From positions 19,538-83,537 of IMG/VR virus record IMGVR_UViG_3300020193_000007: a stretch of DNA of 64,000 nucleotides; one strand, written 5' to 3'. Under the pieces are notes generated by a model that did not search any database, was not told the origin of the DNA, and was given only the letters and a program-made list of their open reading frames with translations. Origin of the DNA: a virus. Each line of letters starts with the position of its first letter. The stretch's first letter is position 1. This document shows positions 1 through 8,516 of the stretch, piece after piece. The position numbers and the translations under genes were made by a program.

Positions 1-107
1 TACGTCTTTTGTATATGCAATAGAACATCCAGATCTTCTATTAAAAAAGACTGATTATTTTCTAGCTTTATATTTACTTTTTTCTTTTGATTTGTTTTCT
101 TACTCAT
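1..107 (-). CDS. hypothetical protein, 5' part only (runs off window; MSKKTNQKKKVNIKLENN...)
   Basis: ATG at 105-107 overlaps the end of the 100..333 ORF; frame is open to the window edge. Confidence 0.6.
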   Translation of the reverse strand, partial: MSKKTNQKKKVNIKLENNQSFLIEDLDVLLHIQKT

Positions 108-333
108 TTGCTTTCTTTTCTTTTATTTCAGCGTTTGCCACTTCTTCTTGTGGTACTTGATAAACAGCTAAATCACCGGTATCTGGTTCATGTGTTATAA
201 AGTATATTCTTTTATCCTCCAATTTGCAACCGTCTGGTGGAGGAGATTCTAGTGCAATTTTCTTAGACGCAGAGCCATAAACCTGACTTGACTTTTTGTG
301 AACAACAATATAGTTCAATTTACCAGCCGCCAT
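100..333 (-). CDS. hypothetical protein (77 aa)
   Basis: ORF starts immediately after the thyX stop; same strand; tight packing. Confidence 0.7.
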   Translation of the reverse strand: MAAGKLNYIVVHKKSSQVYGSASKKIALESPPPDGCKLEDKRIYFITHEPDTGDLAVYQVPQEEVANAEIKEKKANE

Positions 334-1029
334 TTATCTACCGGTAAGAGCCTTAATTGAAACTGGAAACAGGGGTTGAATCAAATCATAAACTGCCTCT
401 GCGTACTGTCTAATCTCATACTGAGAATCCTCAGCTAATCTTTGGTTTAAAAAATGAGCTACAGATTGTAGGCTACAAGACCACAAGTAAGGTTGATACA
501 TGGCATAGGCGGGCAAAAATAGTCTAGCCTGCTCTGGGGCCACGCCCTCCTCCATGGCCCACTTATAGAGGGCCTCAGCGTCCTCCAGATGCTGTATAAG
601 CTTGCTGGAAAGCACTGCCCCTATCCAGGGGCCTATAGGGCCTCCTGAGCCCTGCTTACGGCTTTCTGGGGCTTGTCTCCACTCATCATTTTTGGGGATG
701 TAAAACTCTGGCTCCAGGCTAATATATCTTCTTGAAGATTCATTCCAAGAATCCATCGTATGATCCGATCCCACCACATACTTCCAGTGTTGTCTGGCAA
801 CCATTATGGGTGCGTTAAATTCAAACGTCGCAAATGCATGCCTAAAAGGCGACATGTGATTTTCTCTTGCCAAGAACTCCAATAGTCTTGCGTCTTGAAC
901 GGAAAACTCTTTAGACTCTTTTGCAAAAGAAACTCTAGCCGCATTTACAACGGACAGATCGCTACCCATATGATCTACGAGTCTAACGTATCCCTTGTCC
1001 AATACCTTTACTGTATGCTGCTTTTCCAT
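334..1029 (-). CDS. thyX: flavin-dependent thymidylate synthase ThyX
   Basis: VNAARVSF, HMSPFRH, ARQHWKY...WNESSRRY and VAPEQARLFLP motifs typical of ThyX. Confidence 0.93.
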   Translation of the reverse strand: MEKQHTVKVLDKGYVRLVDHMGSDLSVVNAARVSFAKESKEFSVQDARLLEFLARENHMSPFRHAFATFEFNAPIMVARQHWKYVVGSDHTMDSWNESSRRYISLEPEFYIPKNDEWRQAPESRKQGSGGPIGPWIGAVLSSKLIQHLEDAEALYKWAMEEGVAPEQARLFLPAYAMYQPYLWSCSLQSVAHFLNQRLAEDSQYEIRQYAEAVYDLIQPLFPVSIKALTGR

Positions 1030-1035
1030 AGCTAC

Positions 1036-1044
1036 AGTATACCA
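1036..1044 (-). promoter_or_regulatory. extended -10 promoter TGGTATACT, probably giving a leaderless thyX mRNA
   Basis: TG-n-TATACT lies 6 nt upstream of the thyX ATG, with no SD. Confidence 0.5.
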
Positions 1045-1071
1045 CCCAACTCGTTGTGTGTATGGATGAAA

Positions 1072-3117
1072 TTATTGATTATCTTTTATATATTTTATTT
1101 CACAAGTATCCGTTGTACAATGTCTTTCTCCAATTGCATCGGCAGCCATGCCCGCATATACGCCAGTTAAATCAATTGGGAATAGTTTGTCGATTTGATT
1201 AAGGTATTCCTGTTCACTTATTTGCGCGTAAGGCATTTGAGGGTATGTGTCATTTCCGCTGGGCAAGAAGGATACCGTTTTTAATTGACCATCGTGCATG
1301 TGCAGAACTGTGCCAACATACCTAGATTCCGTATCTTTATCAAAAGAAACTGTAACTGAAACAGAGTTATCTGACCAATATCTTTGAGCAGTAGTAGCTA
1401 GGGCCATCTTCTCAAATATTGTGACGTCTTTCTCTGACCTAACTGCATCAGACTTGATTGGAAAATAAACCACCGATGTTGTGTCTGGAGATTCAGCTGC
1501 TGGTTCTATCTTGTAATTTGCCATTTTGAAAAGTGGAAGCATTGGGTCTTCGTTTGAAAACCTAATTGTTCTATTGAAAAATTTGCCACCTGGCGTCCAG
1601 TGAACTCCAGGAGATTCTCCAGCCAAAATTGAAACTGTACCAGATGGTTTTACAGTTGTCATTTTAATTGACTCCCTAATTCCAAGCCACTCAGAATACA
1701 CGTTGTCATATCTTTGAATTGTTTTATAGCCTTGGTTCATCCACTCTTTCAGGATGGGCATACCGTGGCGATCGGCAAAGTCGGCGACGCCTGACATAGA
1801 AGCACCTATTCTTCTGTTTCTTTGCATGATCGCATTAGTTTCTTCCCAGTGGGTCGGGAGAAGTGTTACTGTCTTGGCGTAAAGATACGCAAACTTAAGC
1901 GTTCTCTTGTAATCCTCAAGGCTATCGTGTCGTCCTAAGTAAGTTTCAACAAGCGTGCAACATTCGTATGATTCAAGCGATTGTTCTGCGCAAGGATTAT
2001 ATCCAGCCACTCTGTGATCCTTGTTGTTGGGCGGGTCAATTAGTCTTCCATACTTTCTGGACACATCCATCCAAATAACTCCCGGCTCTCCGTTAAGAGA
2101 TATTCCCTCTATTATTGAGGAGAGATCTTTTCCCACCTCAGTTTCTATAGAGTTATTTGACATCCAACCCCAGCCCGGAGAATTGGGATCATAAGAGTTT
2201 CTTTCCGGAAACTTATCCCTATTCTTTAAGTTAAGAAAATCTTGATCCTCTAATCTTCCGATAAGAAGTTCTGCAGATCGACGAACGTTGCCCGAAACAA
2301 CACAAACTCCGATAAGATTACCTATGTCGGCTATGTCGACTCTAGTAAGTTTTTGCCCTTTTCTTTTATGAAATATTCTTGTTATGTGTTCGTGCATCTT
2401 TTCTAGTGGCTCGTGCCCTGCGGCCACTCCTCCAAATGTTTTTATTGGAGTACCAGCTGGCCTTATTTGCCCGTAATCAAAAGAGTATGATGGCTGATTT
2501 TCCTTGAGAAAAGAATTTATCAAAAGCGTCAAAGATTCAACCCAACCTTCTCTTGTATCTGGTATAACATAATGAGCGCTATCCTTGGGTTCGTATACAA
2601 TAAAATCTTTATCAGCCCCCTTATCATCAAACCCGACACCAACACCCAGCATCGAAGCCTCCATGAGAAACGCAAAAGGCCTAGCTGGATTTAGTTTTGT
2701 CATTTCTGCTGTAGAAACAAATGCGCAGTTTTGTAGTGCTGCCGAGTTCTTTTGAACATTCACTATATTTGTACCCATGGCCCACAAACCTCTGCCAGGA
2801 GGAGTCCACTTAAGGTTAAAAAGTCTATCGAAGGCTTCTTTGGCGGAAGATTGTGCCTTAGAGTCGTTCCAGGGCAATCTATTCTTCTTGCAGTGTTCTT
2901 TCTGCAAAGAGTACATTCCATTTACCACTCTTTCGCATACGTCAACCCAAGTTTCTTTTGCCCCATCGTCCTTTAGTCTTGAATAGGTTCTTAGAAATGT
3001 TATTTCCCCCACAGAATTTCCTGCCGCGTCTTTGTAGCCGAATGGTACAACCTTGTTTTTGTAGGTGCTGATAAATTCTTCACTTAAATTAAATAAAAAC
3101 ATATCTGTGGTAACCAT
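1072..3117 (-). CDS. nrdJ: class II (adenosylcobalamin-dependent) monomeric ribonucleotide reductase
   Basis: PPGRGLW, NCAF, GNVRRSAE, NPCAEQSL (thiyl Cys), TTVKPSGT and a C-terminal CTTDTC redox pair. Confidence 0.92.
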   Translation of the reverse strand: MVTTDMFLFNLSEEFISTYKNKVVPFGYKDAAGNSVGEITFLRTYSRLKDDGAKETWVDVCERVVNGMYSLQKEHCKKNRLPWNDSKAQSSAKEAFDRLFNLKWTPPGRGLWAMGTNIVNVQKNSAALQNCAFVSTAEMTKLNPARPFAFLMEASMLGVGVGFDDKGADKDFIVYEPKDSAHYVIPDTREGWVESLTLLINSFLKENQPSYSFDYGQIRPAGTPIKTFGGVAAGHEPLEKMHEHITRIFHKRKGQKLTRVDIADIGNLIGVCVVSGNVRRSAELLIGRLEDQDFLNLKNRDKFPERNSYDPNSPGWGWMSNNSIETEVGKDLSSIIEGISLNGEPGVIWMDVSRKYGRLIDPPNNKDHRVAGYNPCAEQSLESYECCTLVETYLGRHDSLEDYKRTLKFAYLYAKTVTLLPTHWEETNAIMQRNRRIGASMSGVADFADRHGMPILKEWMNQGYKTIQRYDNVYSEWLGIRESIKMTTVKPSGTVSILAGESPGVHWTPGGKFFNRTIRFSNEDPMLPLFKMANYKIEPAAESPDTTSVVYFPIKSDAVRSEKDVTIFEKMALATTAQRYWSDNSVSVTVSFDKDTESRYVGTVLHMHDGQLKTVSFLPSGNDTYPQMPYAQISEQEYLNQIDKLFPIDLTGVYAGMAADAIGERHCTTDTCEIKYIKDNQ

Positions 3118-3120
3118 AAA

Positions 3121-3816
3121 CTATTCAATAACCTTTCTAATGTAGTTGGAATTTGTCTTTTGTATTTCTGATTTTTTAATCTTAATAATCTGATCCAAAG
3201 AATATACCTTGTATATTTCTTTTTCAACAAAATATCCGCTTTTCCAGTTTAAGACTCTTTCTACGTTGGAAGAGTAATTAGTAAATAGATTACAAAGAAC
3301 TGCGCCACCGTAAATCCTAACAAGATTCTTCATTTTTGTCACAGACTTCTCTTTTAATTCTTGATTTACAAATTTTTCCTGATTCACCTTCTCGTTTAAC
3401 CAATTATAAGCCTGTCTTGTTAATGGCGGTATATCAATATGCTCAAAAATTCCAAATTTCATTATGGTTAATCTATTTTTTTCTATTTGCAAATCTGATT
3501 TGACAACTTCCTTAAACATTTCAAACCAATCTCTCTCATTAAATTGAGGCCAGCCTGCAACCCAAAAAATGAGTACGTGGTTTTCTTCTGGTATTGCGGT
3601 CTTGTTGACAATTGGCGAAAGACATGCGCACGCAATGCACTTCTTTACTACTTCTTTTGCTTTTTCCTCCCCATGTCTTTTGGATTGCACAGTCCATAGT
3701 TGGGATATTTTTTCTGGCCAATTTGATTCGCCAAGATACAACGTTAAATATTTATCTGCGACATCTATTGAAAGAGAATTATTTTTGATTAGTTGATCCA
3801 TCATCTGTATAGACAT
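3121..3816 (-). CDS. hypothetical protein (231 aa)
   Basis: long ORF with SD AGGAGG upstream; stop lies 3 nt before the nrdJ start. Confidence 0.8.
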   Translation of the reverse strand: MSIQMMDQLIKNNSLSIDVADKYLTLYLGESNWPEKISQLWTVQSKRHGEEKAKEVVKKCIACACLSPIVNKTAIPEENHVLIFWVAGWPQFNERDWFEMFKEVVKSDLQIEKNRLTIMKFGIFEHIDIPPLTRQAYNWLNEKVNQEKFVNQELKEKSVTKMKNLVRIYGGAVLCNLFTNYSSNVERVLNWKSGYFVEKEIYKVYSLDQIIKIKKSEIQKTNSNYIRKVIE

Positions 3817-3871
3817 ATCTAATCCTCCTTAGCTCCATCAAAACATATAAACGTGCCCTAATAAATCGAAA

Positions 3872-3893
3872 TTCCCGCACATTTGTGCGGGAA
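3872..3893 (-). terminator. stem-loop TTCCCGCAC-AAAT-GTGCGGGAA followed by a T-rich tract; terminator of the structural transcript or a 5' leader hairpin
   Basis: perfect 9-bp inverted repeat in the intergenic space between the structural and DNA-metabolism modules. Confidence 0.55.
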
Positions 3894-3909
3894 CTCGAAA
3901 CACCCACCT

Positions 3910-3918
3910 ATTATAGCA
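3910..3918 (-). promoter_or_regulatory. extended -10 promoter TGCTATAAT upstream of the hypothetical-nrdJ unit
   Basis: consensus TG-n-TATAAT in an intergenic region. Confidence 0.5.
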
Positions 3919-3936
3919 GGTTTATTGCACGATTGT

Positions 3937-4524
3937 CTACAGAGCTTTTGCGGAAGGAACTCCTTTATATTCGTTAACCTTATTTCTTCCGTATTCAGAA
4001 GATGTATTTGACTGTCCATATCCAGATGGAAATACTTCAGTTGAACTTACTCCGTCAAATATATAGTTGTTGTAGAGGCTGTAGGATGTTACCCTCTTTT
4101 CATGACCATAGCCGGAAGAAAAGACATCTGCTGATGTAACGCCATCAAAAATGTAATTGCTATACAGGGCGTACGGTCTCGTTCTATCCGAAGAATGACC
4201 ATAAGACCCGGACAATATGCCAGATACTCCCTTGAATTCCTTTGGCTTAAACCTTGCCCCATCGTAGCCCGCGCCATCTGCAAATGTTCCCGAAAGAGGA
4301 TGGATATAAAGAGTCGTACCATTGAAAACCTGAGACAAGAACACATTACCTGGATGATGGCCAGTGCCCGGAACGTGATCCTTATCTGGACCACCATCTA
4401 GGACGCCCTTGGCAAATAATGGATAATAGGAATAGGTTCCAGCCGTGCCCTTAAAGGGGTTGATCATATCCTTGGTGTTTCGACCTCTAAGAACCGGTCT
4501 TGGACCAACATAAAAAGTAGCCAT
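3937..4524 (-). CDS. Gly/Tyr/Ser-rich hypothetical protein with a 30-aa tandem repeat, possibly a virion protein
   Basis: SD AGGAG; YALYSNYIFDGVTSADVFSSGYGH / YSLYNNYIFDGVSSTEVFPSGYGQ repeat; TACTATA motif upstream. Confidence 0.75.
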   Translation of the reverse strand: MATFYVGPRPVLRGRNTKDMINPFKGTAGTYSYYPLFAKGVLDGGPDKDHVPGTGHHPGNVFLSQVFNGTTLYIHPLSGTFADGAGYDGARFKPKEFKGVSGILSGSYGHSSDRTRPYALYSNYIFDGVTSADVFSSGYGHEKRVTSYSLYNNYIFDGVSSTEVFPSGYGQSNTSSEYGRNKVNEYKGVPSAKAL

Positions 4525-4555
4525 TTATATTCTCCTTATTGAAGAAAGGTAACTA

Positions 4556-4562
4556 TATAGTA
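4556..4562 (-). promoter_or_regulatory. candidate late promoter motif TACTATA
   Basis: same heptamer in four intergenic regions upstream of structural-module genes. Confidence 0.45.
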
Positions 4563-4589
4563 AAAACAATAATGCTTTTTCACCATATC

Positions 4590-5852
4590 TTACAGATTAT
4601 AATTCACTTCTACAATTAAATCTGATAGAACTGGGGGTATCTTATTTTCAAGCATCGCTAGGCTTACCTCTATATAAACGTGGCTTGAAGTGTTTGGGTT
4701 TGTTAAAACATAGTTTGACCCAGATGGGTAAAATATCCTATAGGAAAATACACTATTTAAAAGAGACTGAGGTAATGTGTATATTTTGGGTGAAACGTTT
4801 AAGATTTCATTTATTGTTTTTCCTGCGGGAGCGTCAAATCTAATGAAAGTTCTTCCTGTCTCAATAAATTTTTCATATCTTACGTCTATATCGCTTAATC
4901 CATACGTGTAAACGTAAGAGCTGTTTTCTTTAATATAGTTTCTTTGCCTTAACAAAACTCTAATGGCTGTTATTTTTTTATCGGCGCAATAAAACTTCTG
5001 AGGACCAGAATTAATAATTGCATCGGATCCCACTATCGACCAGCCACCTGGAGCCACCTTACCTACGGCATCGTATTCCTGATCGTAATATCCGTAACTG
5101 AGTGGATAATAACCGTCTTTATCCGACATGCTCGGATTAGCAGCGGTTGTATATTCTACTTTAATTATATCAACTCCGTTGGAGGGAAATGGAGAAAGTG
5201 ACACACAATTACTCAAAGAATTGCCAATTGATCCTGTTGGTATTTTTATGTAGAAAAACATGCTTACGCCAAGTGGATTGGGTTCATTTAAAATAACATT
5301 TCTTCTCCACACCTTATCTGGCTGATTGATGAATGCATTTTGAACCGGGGTGGTATCTATAAACGCTCCACTTCCATCTCCTCCAGCAATATTTGGATCT
5401 ATTCTTGTTTCCAAAAAATCTGGGACTACCTGACCCTTAAGGGCGTTAACATATTTAATTTTAGAATGAGATGAACCAATGATTTGCGGGAGCGTTAAGT
5501 CATTATAATACTCATTAAAGACCAATGCTTGAGAAGCTGGTATGGCGTAAGGGGTGTTTATAAATGGCACCAGGTCTATTTGATTTTTGGAATGAATTGA
5601 AAGTTGATTTGTATTAATACTTTCAATTACCCTAATTCTATCAGCCAAATTTTTAACTGCAGAAGATAAAAAGATATTTTCTTTTATTATTCTTTCAATT
5701 ATTTCAGATATTTTTTTATCAACAACAGAATATTTATTATAAAGATAAACTAAATCCGCATAATTTTGCTCTATGCGCTCATTAAAATCTGAACTAGATA
5801 TAGGTCCATGATATTGAATGGGCTTTTTTTGAGTGTAAATAAACTCTGACAT
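4590..5852 (-). CDS. putative virion structural protein (420 aa)
   Basis: N-terminal GPISSSDFN...helical segment similar to neighbouring paralogs, followed by a beta-rich body; lies in the structural module. Confidence 0.6.
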   Translation of the reverse strand: MSEFIYTQKKPIQYHGPISSSDFNERIEQNYADLVYLYNKYSVVDKKISEIIERIIKENIFLSSAVKNLADRIRVIESINTNQLSIHSKNQIDLVPFINTPYAIPASQALVFNEYYNDLTLPQIIGSSHSKIKYVNALKGQVVPDFLETRIDPNIAGGDGSGAFIDTTPVQNAFINQPDKVWRRNVILNEPNPLGVSMFFYIKIPTGSIGNSLSNCVSLSPFPSNGVDIIKVEYTTAANPSMSDKDGYYPLSYGYYDQEYDAVGKVAPGGWSIVGSDAIINSGPQKFYCADKKITAIRVLLRQRNYIKENSSYVYTYGLSDIDVRYEKFIETGRTFIRFDAPAGKTINEILNVSPKIYTLPQSLLNSVFSYRIFYPSGSNYVLTNPNTSSHVYIEVSLAMLENKIPPVLSDLIVEVNYNL

Positions 5853-5860
5853 CTTATCTC

Positions 5861-6298
5861 CTAATTATCTTTCTGCAGTGCGCCTTCGATTAAGCTAAGT
5901 TTACGCATTAACCAATCTATATGAGCGCTGTTTTTTTGGAATTTTTCAAACCTTAGGCTTTCATTAAAATAAGGCGTCGACTGCTCAACAATATACTCGT
6001 TGCTATCCTCGTCATAATAGATGTTCTGCGAATATATGGTCATTTTTAAATCTTCATTTAAATAGTAATCCGGAGTAGCTGCATATAGATTATTTCCCAA
6101 CATTGTTGATATATTATCTATTTGATTACTTAATACGTCTAATTTAGACTTAAGTTTGTTAATATCCAATAAGAATTGATCGTTAAATAAGTTTAAAACA
6201 CTAGAAGGTATTGGACCCCTGTAGGTAAGCCTATGCCTCTGAAGATTGGGTTCAAAGATGTTTTCTCTTTTATTGAAATCTGAATGTGATATTGCCAT
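5861..6298 (-). CDS. putative virion structural protein (145 aa)
   Basis: YRGPIPSS N-terminus resembles the 4590..5852 gene; carries ATPD and STPY motifs. Confidence 0.55.
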   Translation of the reverse strand: MAISHSDFNKRENIFEPNLQRHRLTYRGPIPSSVLNLFNDQFLLDINKLKSKLDVLSNQIDNISTMLGNNLYAATPDYYLNEDLKMTIYSQNIYYDEDSNEYIVEQSTPYFNESLRFEKFQKNSAHIDWLMRKLSLIEGALQKDN

Positions 6299-6306
6299 GG
6301 GCTCCC

Positions 6307-8514
6307 CTAATGCTTAAACTTTAGTGTGTAAGAGATTACTGATGGTGCAGAATAGGAATCAGCACCCCTGAATAGATCTGCTCTAACCCTGATTGATTCA
6401 GGAGATTTTTCACTATTAGTTAAATAATATACTTTTGTTCCGTCTTTAATTTCCTCTGTTCTTCTATAAATTATTTCTAAATTATTTTCATAATTTATTA
6501 CAGAAAATACATTATCTATATTAGAATATTTAGTGCGCAAATCTTCTTGCTTTACAAAGTAAAAGTAGTTTTGATAAACTTCAGAATTTGGAATAGAAAT
6601 AAGTGACACTCCCTCCATCAGGGATATTGCCCCGTTAAACGGCGTTTTAACGCCCTGTGAATCATTTGTCGATTTGTTAATTATTAAAACAATTGAATTT
6701 TGACCTTTTTTAAAATTCCAAGTTAGGGAAGATAAAAGTGTTCCCGCAGACAATGCTCCTCCTGCGGAAATTAAGACACCGTTAAGATAAACTTCGATAT
6801 CCCAGTATTGAGCGGATAAAGACTTTAGAAAATTTTTGGTCATTGTTATAGAATTTTCCATATAAATATTTGTAGAAATATAAATACTACCATAGGGAAC
6901 ATTTTGGGCTTGATAAAATTCTTGATTATCACCAAGTGAGATATTAAATTTATTTGCGATAATGTCTTTTCTGGCACCGGTGATAATTTGCTGCCAAGAA
7001 TCCCTGCCCAGAGACGTGCCTGTCACCAAAGCGGCTAACACCTGATTGCTTTCGGTATTTTCAAGCATATAAACATCGTATGGGTCAGTGTCTTTCGGGA
7101 ATTTTGCCAATCTATAAACGCTAAACCCATTTTGAACAGCGTCATTTCTATAGGAAAAGTCTTTTATTGGATTATTGTATTGGGTTGATCTTGGAATTCT
7201 AGTCATTTCACTTTTTGTAGATTGAATACTGCTGGTAGTGGCGGGGACTATTCTTGATTCAATTCTGTTAGACCCCTTAAAAGAAACTACACTTGAGTTT
7301 GAGGCATTTTTTAATGAAGCTGGCGATACCTGCGTCCAATTGTAGTCATTAATAAATTTTTCATTTCCCTTTTCTTCAGCTATATAATAATTTATTGAAG
7401 TACCTTTTGGAATCTGATGATTGGCCTCAAAATATACGGAGTCAATAGTTAAAGTTTTATTTTGATTTACCGGCAATGATATTGGTTGACTGACAAAAGT
7501 GGCTGATGAATCGTAGTATGGGGCTGTAATGATCAGCTCATTAATTCTAAAATCATAAACGTAATTAATTTGATTAGAAGTATTTTGAATATAATCTGGT
7601 TCTGTTTTTGTAAGGAATAATTCTATATTTGAAGTAACGGTTGTCGGAAATGAAAAAGAGAATGAATCAAAATCAGATGAGCCAGATTTTGAGAATGTCA
7701 TTGGATTTGCGATATCATTTACCCTATTGATCACCACATCTACATCAACAGATTTCTTAGAATTTAACCTACCCTCTACGAGAGAAATGCCAGACAGGTT
7801 TGTTCCAGCGGATGAAATTGGTATTGATATCTTTAGCGAACACAAACCTATTGATGGAGATTGAAATGCATACCTCCATTCAGAATTATTTAATCCATTA
7901 AATACGTTTGCCAAATTGACGGAAGGAATGCCATACACTTTTTTGCCATCTAAAAAAATTTCGATCGAGGCGCTAGAAACTTTGCTTATAATATTTCCAA
8001 TATAATTAAATGTTCCGGAAGTTAACTGTGGAATAGTTAACTTTCTTGCTGATACGTCAACAATAGCAGATGTTTTTGATAAATCGGTAAGAGCCGTATT
8101 GTTAAAGGCATTAGTATGACTATAGTAAAATCCATCTGTATTGTTTATTGCAAAAAGTTTGTCATCTATATTTTTTTCTAATTCAGCTCTTCTAGACTTA
8201 AGGCTTTCAATTCTAGAATTAAATGCCGTTATTAGATCATATAAGTCACTAATTTGTTCATGAAAAGAATCATATAAAACATCTACATTAAAAGACGTGT
8301 GTGCTGTAATTTGATTAATTTTTTCAACATCAATTATTGAACTTGCAGAAAGGTCGTTATAAGGAACTGGAATCGGAAATCCCGGTCTATATCTACTAAA
8401 ATATCTTCCGAATATGGTTGATATCTCACTTTCACTAGGCTTGTTTCCAAGTGAATAGTATATTTTGTATATTGTCTCTAAAAATCTTTTTTTCTGTATA
8501 TTTTCTATTGTCAT
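6307..8514 (-). CDS. putative virion structural protein (735 aa)
   Basis: coiled-coil N-terminus and beta-rich body; shares the SINYYI..WxxISP pattern with 8517..10985. Confidence 0.6.
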   Translation of the reverse strand: MTIENIQKKRFLETIYKIYYSLGNKPSESEISTIFGRYFSRYRPGFPIPVPYNDLSASSIIDVEKINQITAHTSFNVDVLYDSFHEQISDLYDLITAFNSRIESLKSRRAELEKNIDDKLFAINNTDGFYYSHTNAFNNTALTDLSKTSAIVDVSARKLTIPQLTSGTFNYIGNIISKVSSASIEIFLDGKKVYGIPSVNLANVFNGLNNSEWRYAFQSPSIGLCSLKISIPISSAGTNLSGISLVEGRLNSKKSVDVDVVINRVNDIANPMTFSKSGSSDFDSFSFSFPTTVTSNIELFLTKTEPDYIQNTSNQINYVYDFRINELIITAPYYDSSATFVSQPISLPVNQNKTLTIDSVYFEANHQIPKGTSINYYIAEEKGNEKFINDYNWTQVSPASLKNASNSSVVSFKGSNRIESRIVPATTSSIQSTKSEMTRIPRSTQYNNPIKDFSYRNDAVQNGFSVYRLAKFPKDTDPYDVYMLENTESNQVLAALVTGTSLGRDSWQQIITGARKDIIANKFNISLGDNQEFYQAQNVPYGSIYISTNIYMENSITMTKNFLKSLSAQYWDIEVYLNGVLISAGGALSAGTLLSSLTWNFKKGQNSIVLIINKSTNDSQGVKTPFNGAISLMEGVSLISIPNSEVYQNYFYFVKQEDLRTKYSNIDNVFSVINYENNLEIIYRRTEEIKDGTKVYYLTNSEKSPESIRVRADLFRGADSYSAPSVISYTLKFKH

Positions 8515-8516
8515 AA

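Noticed and set aside
1072-3117. Intein or intron in nrdJ
   Set aside because: The length (681 aa) and continuous motifs fit an uninterrupted monomeric class II enzyme.
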